DNA of 64,000 bases, from the NCBI GenBank assembly GCA_965261255.1, contig CBDHCQ010000004.1, positions 3,507,710 to 3,571,709 of the forward strand, read 5' to 3'. The DNA is from Rhodothermales bacterium (GTDB lineage: Bacteria > Bacteroidota > Rhodothermia > Rhodothermales > Bin80). Positions within the stretch are counted from its first letter, which is position 1; the number at the start of each line of letters is the position of its first letter. Under the pieces are notes generated by a model. It saw nothing but the letters and a program-made list of their open reading frames with translations. It made no database searches and was not told the DNA's origin. The position numbers and the translations under genes are program-made. Of the stretch, positions 38,640-48,554 are shown one piece after another.

Positions 38640-38903
38640 TTAAAGATGGCGATAAACATCCTCCAACGACAGATCGCAGGCAAGCATCATGACTTGAATG
38701 TGATACAGCAGTTGGGAGATTTCCTCAGCAGCGCGTTCACGAGATTCGTGGCTTGCTGCCATCCACACTTCGCCAGCTTCCTCCAGAATTTTTTTGCCAA
38801 TCTCATGCGTGCCTGAATTGACTGCCTGTACCGTACCGGACATCGGATCCTGTTGGTGTACCTTGTCCTCCAGTTCCTGGAAAAGATCTTCAAACCGCTT
38901 CAT
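38640..38903 (-). CDS. hisE: Phosphoribosyl-ATP diphosphatase
   Basis: [11 protein letters not shown]; EEISQLLYH; adjacent to hisG. Confidence 0.93.
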   Translation of the reverse strand: MKRFEDLFQELEDKVHQQDPMSGTVQAVNSGTHEIGKKILEEAGEVWMAASHESRERAAEEISQLLYHIQVMMLACDLSLEDVYRHL

Positions 38904-39390
38904 TTTAAAAATTATTGGACTGATTTACTATGCCTGGGGATCTAACTCGCGACTCTTGCAGAACTTATGAATTTGGGGTGGTATTTGGCCAATGGGAGCT
39001 TACGGGACCCTCTTATGGCTGATTCAACGCGACGTAGGAATAGGTAGAGGCCAAAACTCGATCGTGCTTCCCACGCATCTGTAAAATCTGGTTCTGCCGC
39101 AGACAGGAAAACGAATTGTAATCGGATTCAAATCGTGGATTGAGTAGTAAAGTTAGTGGCAGCCAGGGATTTTACCGACTACATCGGTTGGAGTTGAGGA
39201 TTTTGTATTTCCGCTTCGCAGAAATAGACTGGCCCCGGTATCCAAAGGCAAGCTGCGCTCGTAATCTGCTTAATCCATAAGTCGGTGCAAATGAAGAAGA
39301 TTATGGATGATAATATAGAAATGTAAATGGATAAGTTATTATATAGCAAGTCCAATACTATATTGATTATATAACCATTACCCCGCGGCC

Positions 39391-41460
39391 ATGAGAGTTT
39401 TCCTGATCCTGACACTGACCATAATGACCACATCAGCGGCCTTCGGGCAGTCGCTGCCGTTCTATGACGACTTCAACGACGGGGACTTTGACGGATGGGA
39501 AGTAATAGACGATGTGGAGCCCCAGTTTGGCCCCAGTGACTGGTCTGTTGAATTCGGAGAACTCGTCCAGAAATCAAACATTTGGTCCTATGGACCGGTC
39601 GAGCTTGAAACTAAATACCACCTCGGCACCCACGTGGCCACCGGAGATAAGAACTGGGCTGACTATTCGTTCAATGCAGTCGTCCGCAGCTCCGACAATG
39701 ATGGCGTCGGTCTTATCTTCCGCTACCAGGATGAGCGCAACTATTACCGTATCCTGCTGATGAACGACGCCGCATGGTCGGGCCGCGATTCATCGGGGGT
39801 GCCAGTCAACACGCCGCTGCAGCGCCTGCAGAAGTTCATTGATGGGGAACCGTTCATTCTGGCCGAGAATAAAGTCTCGCAAGCCTATCCGTCAGACTAT
39901 TTCGCGCTGACCGCGGATGTGCGTGGCGATACGCTGCGGGCCTATCTCAACGGTGACCTAATTCTTTCAGCCCTTGATGATACGTACGACTCCGGGCGGA
40001 TTGGGCTGCTGTCCTATGCCAATACCGGCGCCTATTACGATAGTGTCGCTGTAACTCAGACACCGTTAATCTATAGCGAACCCAAAGAACGACAATTCAT
40101 GTACAGAGTCCGTGAGTTCCGCGCCCCGTACATCCAGAACCCGACGCAGACCTCAGTGGAAGTTGCCTGGCGCACCGTGGACCCCTCTGTAGGCCGTGTG
40201 CGGTACGGCGTGGAGAAGGGCAATCTAGACTTTGAGGCCGTTGAATCTGAGCAGGTGCAAAAGCACCATGTCCGGCTGGATGGCCTTCAGGTGAGCACGC
40301 GATACTTTTACGAGGTATACAGCGGATCAGACCAGTCATCCGGTGAAGAGAACTTCAGAACGGCACCCCGGCACGATCAGAAGAAGTTTTCCTTTCTGGT
40401 CCTAGGAGACAGCGGTGTTGATACCCCCACACAGTGGCGTGTAGGCGAGCAGATGCGCGCGAGCATGAATGAACGCGAAGTGGACTTCGTGGTCCATGTG
40501 GGCGATGTCCATCAGGGCGCCGGTGACTATTACGATGATATCTACTTCAAACCCTATCGGGAAATCATCAAGAACATCAACATCTTCACATCACTGGGTA
40601 ATCACGATGTGATCACCGACAATGGAGGCGTGTATCTAGATGATTTCTACCTGCCGCACAACAACCCGGACAGTACCGAGCGCTACTACTCATTCCGATG
40701 GGCCAACGCATACTTCATTGCTCTTGACACGAACGGGGATTTCTCGCCGGGATCGGCTCAGCACGATTTCCTGCTTGAAGCTCTGACCGACAGCCTGCGC
40801 CGGTCCGCAACTTGGACTTTCGTCTATGCGCACCATCCGCCCTATACTGAATTCTGGACCAACTACTATGGCGACGAGCGAGTCCAGAACCACCTCGTTC
40901 CCATTTACGAAGAATATGATGTGGACATGGTAATGAATGGGCATACTCACAGTTACGAGCGGGGCGAAAAAGAACATGTCCACTATCTCGTGTCTGGAGG
41001 TGGAGGCGGCGGCCTGGACGATTTTTTCGTGGACTACGACCATATCACGTTCTCGGACGGGGTGCATCACTTTACGCGCATAGATGTGGATGACGATCAG
41101 CTCACGGTCACCGCCACCGATCAGTACGGCCAGCAGGTGGATCAGTTCGTCGTCAACAAGTACGCTTCACTGGATTCCGAAGATGGAGAGCTGCCGGACG
41201 GAATGGGACTGGATCAGAACTTTCCCAATCCTTTTGCGGACTCAACCACAATCCGCTACTCCGTCGCAGACCCGGAGAGAGTCATCCTGGAGGTGTACGA
41301 TACGCTGGGCAGAAGAGTAAGCACGCTTGTCAACCGGAACCATGCACCGGGCCGCTATGCTGTGACCTACAGTCCAATGCATCTGGCAAGCGGCCGATAC
41401 ACATTCAGGCTTACCGCCGGCTCGGCCATCCTCACGCGGCCATTTACCATAGTCCGATGA
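39391..41460 (+). CDS. Secreted metallophosphoesterase: ConA/lectin-like domain + FN3-like + calcineurin-like domain + T9SS type-A CTD
   Basis: Signal peptide; DNDGVGLIFRYQD..NYY and GRIGL beta-sandwich; GDSG, GDVHQ, GNHD, HHPPY and GHTHSYER motifs; tail QNFPNPF...VYDTLGRRV...LASGRY. Confidence 0.85.
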   Translation: MRVFLILTLTIMTTSAAFGQSLPFYDDFNDGDFDGWEVIDDVEPQFGPSDWSVEFGELVQKSNIWSYGPVELETKYHLGTHVATGDKNWADYSFNAVVRSSDNDGVGLIFRYQDERNYYRILLMNDAAWSGRDSSGVPVNTPLQRLQKFIDGEPFILAENKVSQAYPSDYFALTADVRGDTLRAYLNGDLILSALDDTYDSGRIGLLSYANTGAYYDSVAVTQTPLIYSEPKERQFMYRVREFRAPYIQNPTQTSVEVAWRTVDPSVGRVRYGVEKGNLDFEAVESEQVQKHHVRLDGLQVSTRYFYEVYSGSDQSSGEENFRTAPRHDQKKFSFLVLGDSGVDTPTQWRVGEQMRASMNEREVDFVVHVGDVHQGAGDYYDDIYFKPYREIIKNINIFTSLGNHDVITDNGGVYLDDFYLPHNNPDSTERYYSFRWANAYFIALDTNGDFSPGSAQHDFLLEALTDSLRRSATWTFVYAHHPPYTEFWTNYYGDERVQNHLVPIYEEYDVDMVMNGHTHSYERGEKEHVHYLVSGGGGGGLDDFFVDYDHITFSDGVHHFTRIDVDDDQLTVTATDQYGQQVDQFVVNKYASLDSEDGELPDGMGLDQNFPNPFADSTTIRYSVADPERVILEVYDTLGRRVSTLVNRNHAPGRYAVTYSPMHLASGRYTFRLTAGSAILTRPFTIVR

Positions 41461-41590
41461 GGGCGGATATTTACTGGGGGTGCTCGCCGGACGGTACCAA
41501 CTCCATGAGTGCTCAGTACACGCCTGCCAAGCGATCGCAGAATATGATCCGGACAGCCCTTCCCGGCATACTCAGAGTCCGCCGTGTCAC

Positions 41591-41653
41591 CTGCTTTTGC
41601 TATCTTTCGTTCTGTTGCACTTACTTGCGTTTTGCCTAAATTGTATTTAGATT
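41591..41653 (+). promoter_or_regulatory. Putative promoter with 10-bp-phased operator repeats upstream of the TonB receptor
   Basis: TTGCGT (41625-41630)-N17-TAGATT (41648-41653); pentamers CTTTT, CTTTC, GTTGC and CTTGC at 41594, 41604, 41614 and 41624. Confidence 0.55.
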
Positions 41654-41679
41654 TCACACCTTCTCAGTCCACATTGACT

Positions 41680-44658
41680 ATGTTGTCTTACGCGTCGTCA
41701 GGATTGTCGGCGGCCCTATTTGGGCGATCGCCTGGGGATTGTGTCGTGCGGTTTGTGTCCCGGTTGATCCAGACGGGTATGTGGGTAGGTCTATTGATAC
41801 TATTCGGGCAGGACGTTCATGCCCAGAGCACGGGCAAAATCTCCGGGGTTGTTCTGGAGGCTGCCACCGAACTCCCTCTTCCGGGAGCCAGCGTTTATCT
41901 GGAGGAGAACAAGAATCTGGGCGCGCTGACTACAACAGATGGCAGTTATGTGATTCTTGGGATCCCTCCCGGCACCTATACCGTGATGATGTCCTTCGTA
42001 GGCTTCGCTACGGTTCGCCACGAAGAAGTTCAGGTCTTTTCGGGACAAACAACATTTGTTGACGGATCCTTACCGGAGGAAGTGATTGAGGGGGAAGAGA
42101 TCATTGTAACTGCGGAACGCCCGATTGTAATCCGGGATCGGACCAGCACCGTTTCCTACGTAGATCAGGCAGTCATCGAACGTTTGCCTGTGCAGGAGCT
42201 GGGCGAGCTTGTGCAGTTTCAGCCGGGCGTAGTCACCAGTGCCAGCGGAGGACTCCATTTCCGGGGCGGACGCGAAAGGGAAACGGCCTACGTCATTGAT
42301 GGCATCCCGGTGCAAAATGTGTTCTCCCAGTCCGGAGGTAACTCGGTGGACGTGGAAGTTCAATCCGTTCAGGAACTGCAAGTGTTCACCGGTACATTTG
42401 ATGCGGAGTTCGGAGGAGCACAATCCGGAATTGTAAGCGTCACCACGCGGGACCCGGCCAGCAGTCTTGAGGGTCAGCTGCGCTTCCAGGCTGGAGATTT
42501 CTATGCGAATAACGATGAGATTTTTATTGGGGGAACGGGCTTTGATCCTTTGGCCACCAAGGGCGTGACCCTGACGCTGACCGGACCCATCACTGGTGAA
42601 AAGCTGGGGTTCTTTTTTTCCGGACGCTTCGAGGATAGAGCGGGGGCATTGCAGGGGGAGCGCCGATTCACGCCCGAGGATGGATTCATAATTGACACTT
42701 ATCGCCGGTGGTATCGTGATGTATACCAGCCGGACGACACACGTCTGATCACGCTGGACTCCGCGCGTACCCCCACGGGAGGTTCAATTCTGGGGGCGGA
42801 TGGCAACCCGCTGACCTTTTCATCCGGTGACGGAGAGATCGTTCGGATGCAGTGGCGCCAATCACTCACACTCAATCCGAAAATCGTTTTTCGACCTGCC
42901 TCACGCCTCCACATAACTTACAGCGCGTTGTACAACCGATGGCATGGACAGGGCTACAGCAATGGCCGCCGATATGCGCCGGACCATAGGAGCACGCAGT
43001 ATTTCAACTCCCTGACTCACATTTTGTCTGCCAAACAGACCTTCGGCAGCAACAAAGTGTTGGCGCTGAGGGGGTCGTACAAGACGTTTTCAAGCTCTTC
43101 CTATGCCTTTGAGTCAATCTCCGATCCAAGGATCCAGTACATCTCGGCCAGCGACGATGTGACCGGGTACAGCCTGGGGGCTACCGACAATGGAGAAGGG
43201 CGGAGTTCGGAACGCCAGATTATCGCCTCTGGAGACTTTACGTGGCAGATCAATCCCCGCAACGAGTTCAAGTCTGGGTTCCAATACCGGCAAAACGCCT
43301 ACACGATAGAGGACCTGGATCGGAGTTGGGTGCATCGCGACAACAAGGATTCCCTCTACCTAGCGGTCACCTATCCGCCGGCCTTGGACTATCCGAATTT
43401 CTCTGACTATGCGGAGGCAGTTCGCCAGCTGATGCCAGACTTGGTTCCGGAACTCGCCCGATTCGCCGTTGATGACCGGTTTGAGCAGGCCCCCATTGAG
43501 TTTGCGGCCTTTGCCCAGAACAAGCTTGAATTTGATCGGCGACTGGTTATTAAACTGGGGGTTCGATTTGAGTATTTTGATGTCCGGGAAAATCGTCTAA
43601 TTGACCCGCGTACCCCGACCGACCGTATCGGCCGGGCCGACAATTTTGAGCCCACCCCGTCTAAAATGTATCTCAGCCCGCGTGTAGGTATCTCCTATCC
43701 CTTCTCGGAGCGGGGGGCTTTCCGCGTGGCTTACGGTCACTTTATACAGATGCCCGCCTATCGGGAAATGTTCAAGAATCCCGTGTTTGCCACCATCAAT
43801 GTCGGCCGCCTGGAGGGCCGCTCGGTCGGCAACCCGGACTTGGAGCCCGAACGGACCATCAAGTACGAAATGGGTCTGCAACAGCAGTTGTCGTCGTCCA
43901 TCGGGCTGGACATAAACCTGTTCTATAAGAATATTCGCAACCTGTTGGGAACAGAAATTCTGGGCACGCTGGATAACATCCAGTACACGCGTACCGTGAA
44001 CAGAGACTACGGGCTGGTGCGAGGCGGCACGATTTCCCTGATCACCCGACCCGAAGGGATATTGCTGAGCGCCACTTTGGATCTGACATATTCCGATGCA
44101 CGTGGAAGCTCGTCCAGTGCGGGCGATGTGGCCAACATTGTCATCGCCGGCCGGTCCGGCGAAGTGGGTGACCTGTTTCTGGAGCGCCAAATCATCCCTC
44201 TCAACTGGGACCAGACGCTCACTCTTAACGCTACCGCCAATTTCGGGCGACCGGACAACTGGAGTGTCGGCTTCATTTCTCAACTTGCCACCGGACAGCC
44301 TTACACGCCGTCTTTCCTGGACCCAAATCTGGACTTCCCGGACAATGAATTCGACAACGCACTCAAAAAGCCAGTGCTGTTTACATTTGACCTTACGGCC
44401 GAAAAACGTATCTCACTAGGACGGTTTTCCTATGGTCTGCGAATTCAGGTGGAAAATGTATTTAATTACCTCAACGAATTGTTTGTGGACAGCGTATCCG
44501 GCCGCTCAGGTCAAATAATCCGGCTGCCGGAGGTGCAGGCGGATCGGGACATGGTCACCGAGTATGTAGGACTATTTACACGTCAGGAAGCCGACAATAT
44601 CCCAAACTGGTATTCCGCACCCAGAAAGATCCTGTTCAACGTAACCGTTAATTTTTGA
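41680..44658 (+). CDS. TonB-dependent receptor with N-terminal carboxypeptidase-regulatory-like domain
   Basis: AQSTGKISG...PLPGASV...PPGTY; plug GGLHFRGGR..ETAYVIDGIPV; GNPDLEPERT; terminal Phe (NVTVNF); ATG 41680 chosen because it follows the promoter. Confidence 0.88.
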   Translation: MLSYASSGLSAALFGRSPGDCVVRFVSRLIQTGMWVGLLILFGQDVHAQSTGKISGVVLEAATELPLPGASVYLEENKNLGALTTTDGSYVILGIPPGTYTVMMSFVGFATVRHEEVQVFSGQTTFVDGSLPEEVIEGEEIIVTAERPIVIRDRTSTVSYVDQAVIERLPVQELGELVQFQPGVVTSASGGLHFRGGRERETAYVIDGIPVQNVFSQSGGNSVDVEVQSVQELQVFTGTFDAEFGGAQSGIVSVTTRDPASSLEGQLRFQAGDFYANNDEIFIGGTGFDPLATKGVTLTLTGPITGEKLGFFFSGRFEDRAGALQGERRFTPEDGFIIDTYRRWYRDVYQPDDTRLITLDSARTPTGGSILGADGNPLTFSSGDGEIVRMQWRQSLTLNPKIVFRPASRLHITYSALYNRWHGQGYSNGRRYAPDHRSTQYFNSLTHILSAKQTFGSNKVLALRGSYKTFSSSSYAFESISDPRIQYISASDDVTGYSLGATDNGEGRSSERQIIASGDFTWQINPRNEFKSGFQYRQNAYTIEDLDRSWVHRDNKDSLYLAVTYPPALDYPNFSDYAEAVRQLMPDLVPELARFAVDDRFEQAPIEFAAFAQNKLEFDRRLVIKLGVRFEYFDVRENRLIDPRTPTDRIGRADNFEPTPSKMYLSPRVGISYPFSERGAFRVAYGHFIQMPAYREMFKNPVFATINVGRLEGRSVGNPDLEPERTIKYEMGLQQQLSSSIGLDINLFYKNIRNLLGTEILGTLDNIQYTRTVNRDYGLVRGGTISLITRPEGILLSATLDLTYSDARGSSSSAGDVANIVIAGRSGEVGDLFLERQIIPLNWDQTLTLNATANFGRPDNWSVGFISQLATGQPYTPSFLDPNLDFPDNEFDNALKKPVLFTFDLTAEKRISLGRFSYGLRIQVENVFNYLNELFVDSVSGRSGQIIRLPEVQADRDMVTEYVGLFTRQEADNIPNWYSAPRKILFNVTVNF

Positions 44659-44670
44659 TCTGCATTCGTT

Positions 44671-47600
44671 ATGGAACGTCCGCTACTGTCGGTTATGATT
44701 GTACTCTTGGTCACGCTCTTCGGAGCGAGGCCAGTGGTTGGTCAGTCAAAGCCGGAGTCAGCATCGGAAAGGGATGCACTCCGCCAGCAGCAGGCCGCCG
44801 ACCGGGCGATTGAAAGGTGGGCAGCCCAGAACAAGACCGGGGCCACAGGTCCGCTGTCATTCCGTAATTTCGTCCGCGGAGGTGTGGCATCCGGAAACCT
44901 GATTCAGGTTCCGTATGTGACGAATATCAACATTTCCGCCGGGTACTGGGGCAGCACGGTATCTCCTAGATTTATCACCTGGCCCAAAGGATCCGGCGTG
45001 GAGTACGGCCACACTATGAGCTTTATCGTGGCCGGTCAGGTCACCAATGATGCGGGTAGCGAACTCCAGATTCTCTCAGAAAGCTACAATCGCAGTGGGG
45101 GAGATACGCACCCCTCCGGCAGTCATAAGTTCTTTTTCAGTGCACTGCCCGGCTACTACAATATGCAGGGCAATTTGGGAACGCGCAATCGGCTCAATGA
45201 CAATCCTGACGATCGGCAACTGCTGGAGCAGGCCGGCTATTATTTTGTCGGAGGAATGGATGAGGACCGGAATGGAAACGGCCAGTTGGATGCGGGCGAG
45301 GACCTCAACAATAACGGGGAACTGGACTATAATCTAATCAACGATCTGGAGTACACCTCCCAGTCAAACGTCCTTCAGACTTGGCCGGCCTTCTGGCCTC
45401 CCAAGTCCTATGTTGGCGATCTGAGAAGCGACTGTCAGTTTGAACAAGGGACATCCTGCAGTCCCGAGCCCGGGGTGCGGGCCGGCAAATGGAATGGGGC
45501 GTACGGCGCGTTTGTGCGTGGCGATCAGGAATCGTATTACCTGGCTGATGATCGCGACAATGATGAATTCAATTATGCGCCGTTTCTGGACCCGGCCACC
45601 GGTGAGCCGGATCGGCGCTCCTGGGCAAACGGAGGGCGACGCGGACTTGGTATAGAGGTTGAGGTCCGGCAGTACCAGTGGGCCAGTGTGCTGGCGGAAG
45701 ACATCTTTATCGCTACTTTTGATGTGGAAAACATCAGCCGCAAAGAAATTCCCACGGCCATTATCGCGATGATAGTTGACTATGATATTGCCGGTTCAAC
45801 GGGAAGCAATCAGGCGTTATTCGATACCCAAGACGACATCACCTACCAGTGGCTGAAGCGGGACCTAGTCATCAATGGATTCAAGGTAGGCTACGCGGGC
45901 GTCGGCTTTCTGGAGAGCCCCGGAATCAGCGATGACGGTATAGACAATGATGCCGATGGCCTCGTGGACGAGAGCCGGGAAAACGGCATTGACGATGATG
46001 GAGACTGGCGTACTTGGCAGGATCCGAACGGCAACGGCGTGTTTGATAACGAAGATGCCAACCACAATTTTGTGCTTGATCCTGGCGAAGATCTTGACAA
46101 TGACGGACGCCTCACGATTGAGCCACTTAATGACGATACCGGCTCGGATGGCCTCGGCCCAGAGTTTGAAGGGTATACGGGGCCGGATCCGGATGGGACC
46201 GAAGCCAACGGTCGCCCTGATCCTGGTGAACCCAACTTTGAATTCACGGATAATGACGAAATCGACCAGATCGGACTGACCAATATGGTCATCCGTACGC
46301 CGGCGGATTTTGACCGGGACCTTGACGACGACCCGCTCTTCTGGACGGAATACATTCAGCCTGTACCCGAGTCCGAATTTATCGTCCCCACTGAGACGGC
46401 TGATGTGATCTACGTCTACAGCTCCGGTTATGCCCAAATCGAGCGCGGAAGCAAGCAGCGTTTCTCGCTGGCCTATTTCTGCGGCAATGACTTTCAGGAC
46501 ATGCTTCGCAATAAGCGAACCATGCAGAACATTTATGATGCCGATTACAGTTTCGCCAAACCTCCCCGGACACCCTTTGTGACGGCCGTACCTGGGGATG
46601 GAAGGGTGACCCTCGTTTGGGATCAGAGTGCGGAGTCTTCACGTGACCCGGTGTACGGCCTGGACTTTGAAATGTACAAGGTTTATCGTAGCACCGAACC
46701 CGAATTCAACGACATCAAGACGATCACTGACGCATTCGGCAATCCGCTCCTTTGGGAGCCGTTGCTCACGGAGGCAGGGGATAAGGTGCAGTTTGACATT
46801 GAGAACGGTCTCTATGGGGCGCATCCGGTCCCGATCAGCGGATTTGGAGTCAGCTACGACATGGGGACCGACAGTGGTCTGGAATACAGTGTGGTGGACT
46901 CCACCGTAGACAACGGACGAACTTACTATTATTGCGTAGTATCCGTGGACCATGGCTACCACAATTCGTTCTTTGGCGAAGGGATTTCAGTGTACGAAAA
47001 CCTGGCGGAAATTACCCCCACTGAGAGCTCCAAGATCATTGAAGTGGACGCGTTTGACCGCCCGGTAAATGTTGACCGTAATTGTGCGATCGTTGTACCC
47101 CAGAAACCGGCCCTCGGTTACCAGCCGCCGCAGCTGGTAAATGGCATTGAGCGGCAGTCAGGGGATGCGTCGGGGCGCTTGAGCGTTGAGTTCCTGATCC
47201 CGGACGAGGCCAACAGTCAGGGGTACGAATATGAATTTACCTTTACTGACGATAACTCGTTCGCCGAGGTGGACTCGGTGCTTCTCAAAAACGGACTGAC
47301 CACCGGCTTTACACTGCGCAATGTGACGACCAATCGGGTGATGGCAACCAGCGCTCCGGGCAGCCGCGGCGATGAGATATTCAGCGGCGAGGTTCTGCGG
47401 GCGAGAACGTACGACGGGATGAAGTTCACCATTACCAATCCGCTAGTTCCGGAGGTTTCAACAGCAGCCTGGCTGGACAATTCTTCTTCTGTGCGGGGGA
47501 CGCCCACGCCATCAACCGTGATTTCCGTCGGCGCTCCCGGAGACAACATTGCCGTTCCAGTTGACTACGAACTCCGTGTATCCACCCTAGGTGCCGACAC

Positions 47601-48552
47601 ATCAAACTCCTTGAGTCGCCGCAATCGGGTTGCGACCAACTATAGTATTTGGGACGTAACGAACCTCAACACTCCTGTCCGGGTACCATTCCAGCTTTCG
47701 GAATCGGCCACCCCTGTGATTCCCGGAGATTCCGTTCGGGGCGTGCTTTCGCCGGGGGATGTAATCAACATCAGGGTTGCGAGCGTTCCAGTGGGCAACT
47801 ACACCTATTTTACGCAGTCCGCCTGGCAGTTGGGGGTATCTCTATCGGCCAACGCGCAGACAGCATTGGATGAAGTGCAGTCCACCGCGAATGTGCTGTA
47901 CGACTCTCTGGCAGTACACAGCGTCCGCGGCCTCCAGCGGCGGCCGTACGGGACGGACTTGGAATCAGATGAGTTGATTGATTTCCTGAACGAAGTCAAC
48001 ACCTGGTACGAAGGAATCCTGGACTCCTTGCTGGGCGTGCCCGGACTGCAGTCCGTCATTCAGACGACACCTGCGCCGGGGACATCGCTTGCGACACTGG
48101 CTCGGATTCAGTCCAACGAAATCCCGACGGAGGGGGATATCTTTCTGCTCGAAACGAGCAAGCCGTTTGACCGGGATGATGTCATTCGATTCAAAGTGGA
48201 CGGGAACCGGTTGGAAGAGCCGGTCAGCGAGAGCATGCTGGACGATATCTTTGTAGTGCCGGACCCGTATGTTGCCGTAAACTCGCTTGAAGCACGCAGC
48301 GTCCTGCTTTCCGGACGCGGAGAGCGGCGAATTGACTTTAGGAATCTGCCAAAGGAATGCACGATAAGTATCTTTGCGGTCAGCGGGCGACGAATCAAGG
48401 TAATTGAGCATGTTGGTTCAAATGACCAGAGCATCGCCACCTGGAATCTTCAGTCCGACGACGGGCTGGATGTGTCCTACGGGGTCTACATTTACCATGT
48501 GGATGCGCCAGGTATCGGCGAGAAAATCGGCCGCTTTGCAATAATCAAGTAA
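44671..48552 (+). CDS. Large exported Asp-rich protein with FN3-like domain and atypical T9SS-like CTD
   Basis: Signal peptide; Ca-binding-like repeats DEDRNGNGQLDAGEDLNNNGELD and DGIDNDADGLVDE; TAVPGDGRVTLVWD...YKVYRS...NGRTYYY; tail VVPDPYV...IDFRNLP..CTISIF..SG...WNL.....VSYGVYIYHV...FAIIK. Confidence 0.75.
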   Translation: MERPLLSVMIVLLVTLFGARPVVGQSKPESASERDALRQQQAADRAIERWAAQNKTGATGPLSFRNFVRGGVASGNLIQVPYVTNINISAGYWGSTVSPRFITWPKGSGVEYGHTMSFIVAGQVTNDAGSELQILSESYNRSGGDTHPSGSHKFFFSALPGYYNMQGNLGTRNRLNDNPDDRQLLEQAGYYFVGGMDEDRNGNGQLDAGEDLNNNGELDYNLINDLEYTSQSNVLQTWPAFWPPKSYVGDLRSDCQFEQGTSCSPEPGVRAGKWNGAYGAFVRGDQESYYLADDRDNDEFNYAPFLDPATGEPDRRSWANGGRRGLGIEVEVRQYQWASVLAEDIFIATFDVENISRKEIPTAIIAMIVDYDIAGSTGSNQALFDTQDDITYQWLKRDLVINGFKVGYAGVGFLESPGISDDGIDNDADGLVDESRENGIDDDGDWRTWQDPNGNGVFDNEDANHNFVLDPGEDLDNDGRLTIEPLNDDTGSDGLGPEFEGYTGPDPDGTEANGRPDPGEPNFEFTDNDEIDQIGLTNMVIRTPADFDRDLDDDPLFWTEYIQPVPESEFIVPTETADVIYVYSSGYAQIERGSKQRFSLAYFCGNDFQDMLRNKRTMQNIYDADYSFAKPPRTPFVTAVPGDGRVTLVWDQSAESSRDPVYGLDFEMYKVYRSTEPEFNDIKTITDAFGNPLLWEPLLTEAGDKVQFDIENGLYGAHPVPISGFGVSYDMGTDSGLEYSVVDSTVDNGRTYYYCVVSVDHGYHNSFFGEGISVYENLAEITPTESSKIIEVDAFDRPVNVDRNCAIVVPQKPALGYQPPQLVNGIERQSGDASGRLSVEFLIPDEANSQGYEYEFTFTDDNSFAEVDSVLLKNGLTTGFTLRNVTTNRVMATSAPGSRGDEIFSGEVLRARTYDGMKFTITNPLVPEVSTAAWLDNSSSVRGTPTPSTVISVGAPGDNIAVPVDYELRVSTLGADTSNSLSRRNRVATNYSIWDVTNLNTPVRVPFQLSESATPVIPGDSVRGVLSPGDVINIRVASVPVGNYTYFTQSAWQLGVSLSANAQTALDEVQSTANVLYDSLAVHSVRGLQRRPYGTDLESDELIDFLNEVNTWYEGILDSLLGVPGLQSVIQTTPAPGTSLATLARIQSNEIPTEGDIFLLETSKPFDRDDVIRFKVDGNRLEEPVSESMLDDIFVVPDPYVAVNSLEARSVLLSGRGERRIDFRNLPKECTISIFAVSGRRIKVIEHVGSNDQSIATWNLQSDDGLDVSYGVYIYHVDAPGIGEKIGRFAIIK

Positions 48553-48554
48553 GT

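Noticed and set aside
39290-39385. Pho box in the AT-rich block upstream of the phosphoesterase
   Set aside because: No 11-bp-spaced CTGTCAT-like direct repeats are visible
41584-41679. Longer GTG start for the TonB receptor
   Set aside because: It would run through the predicted promoter/operator and give an implausibly long signal peptide
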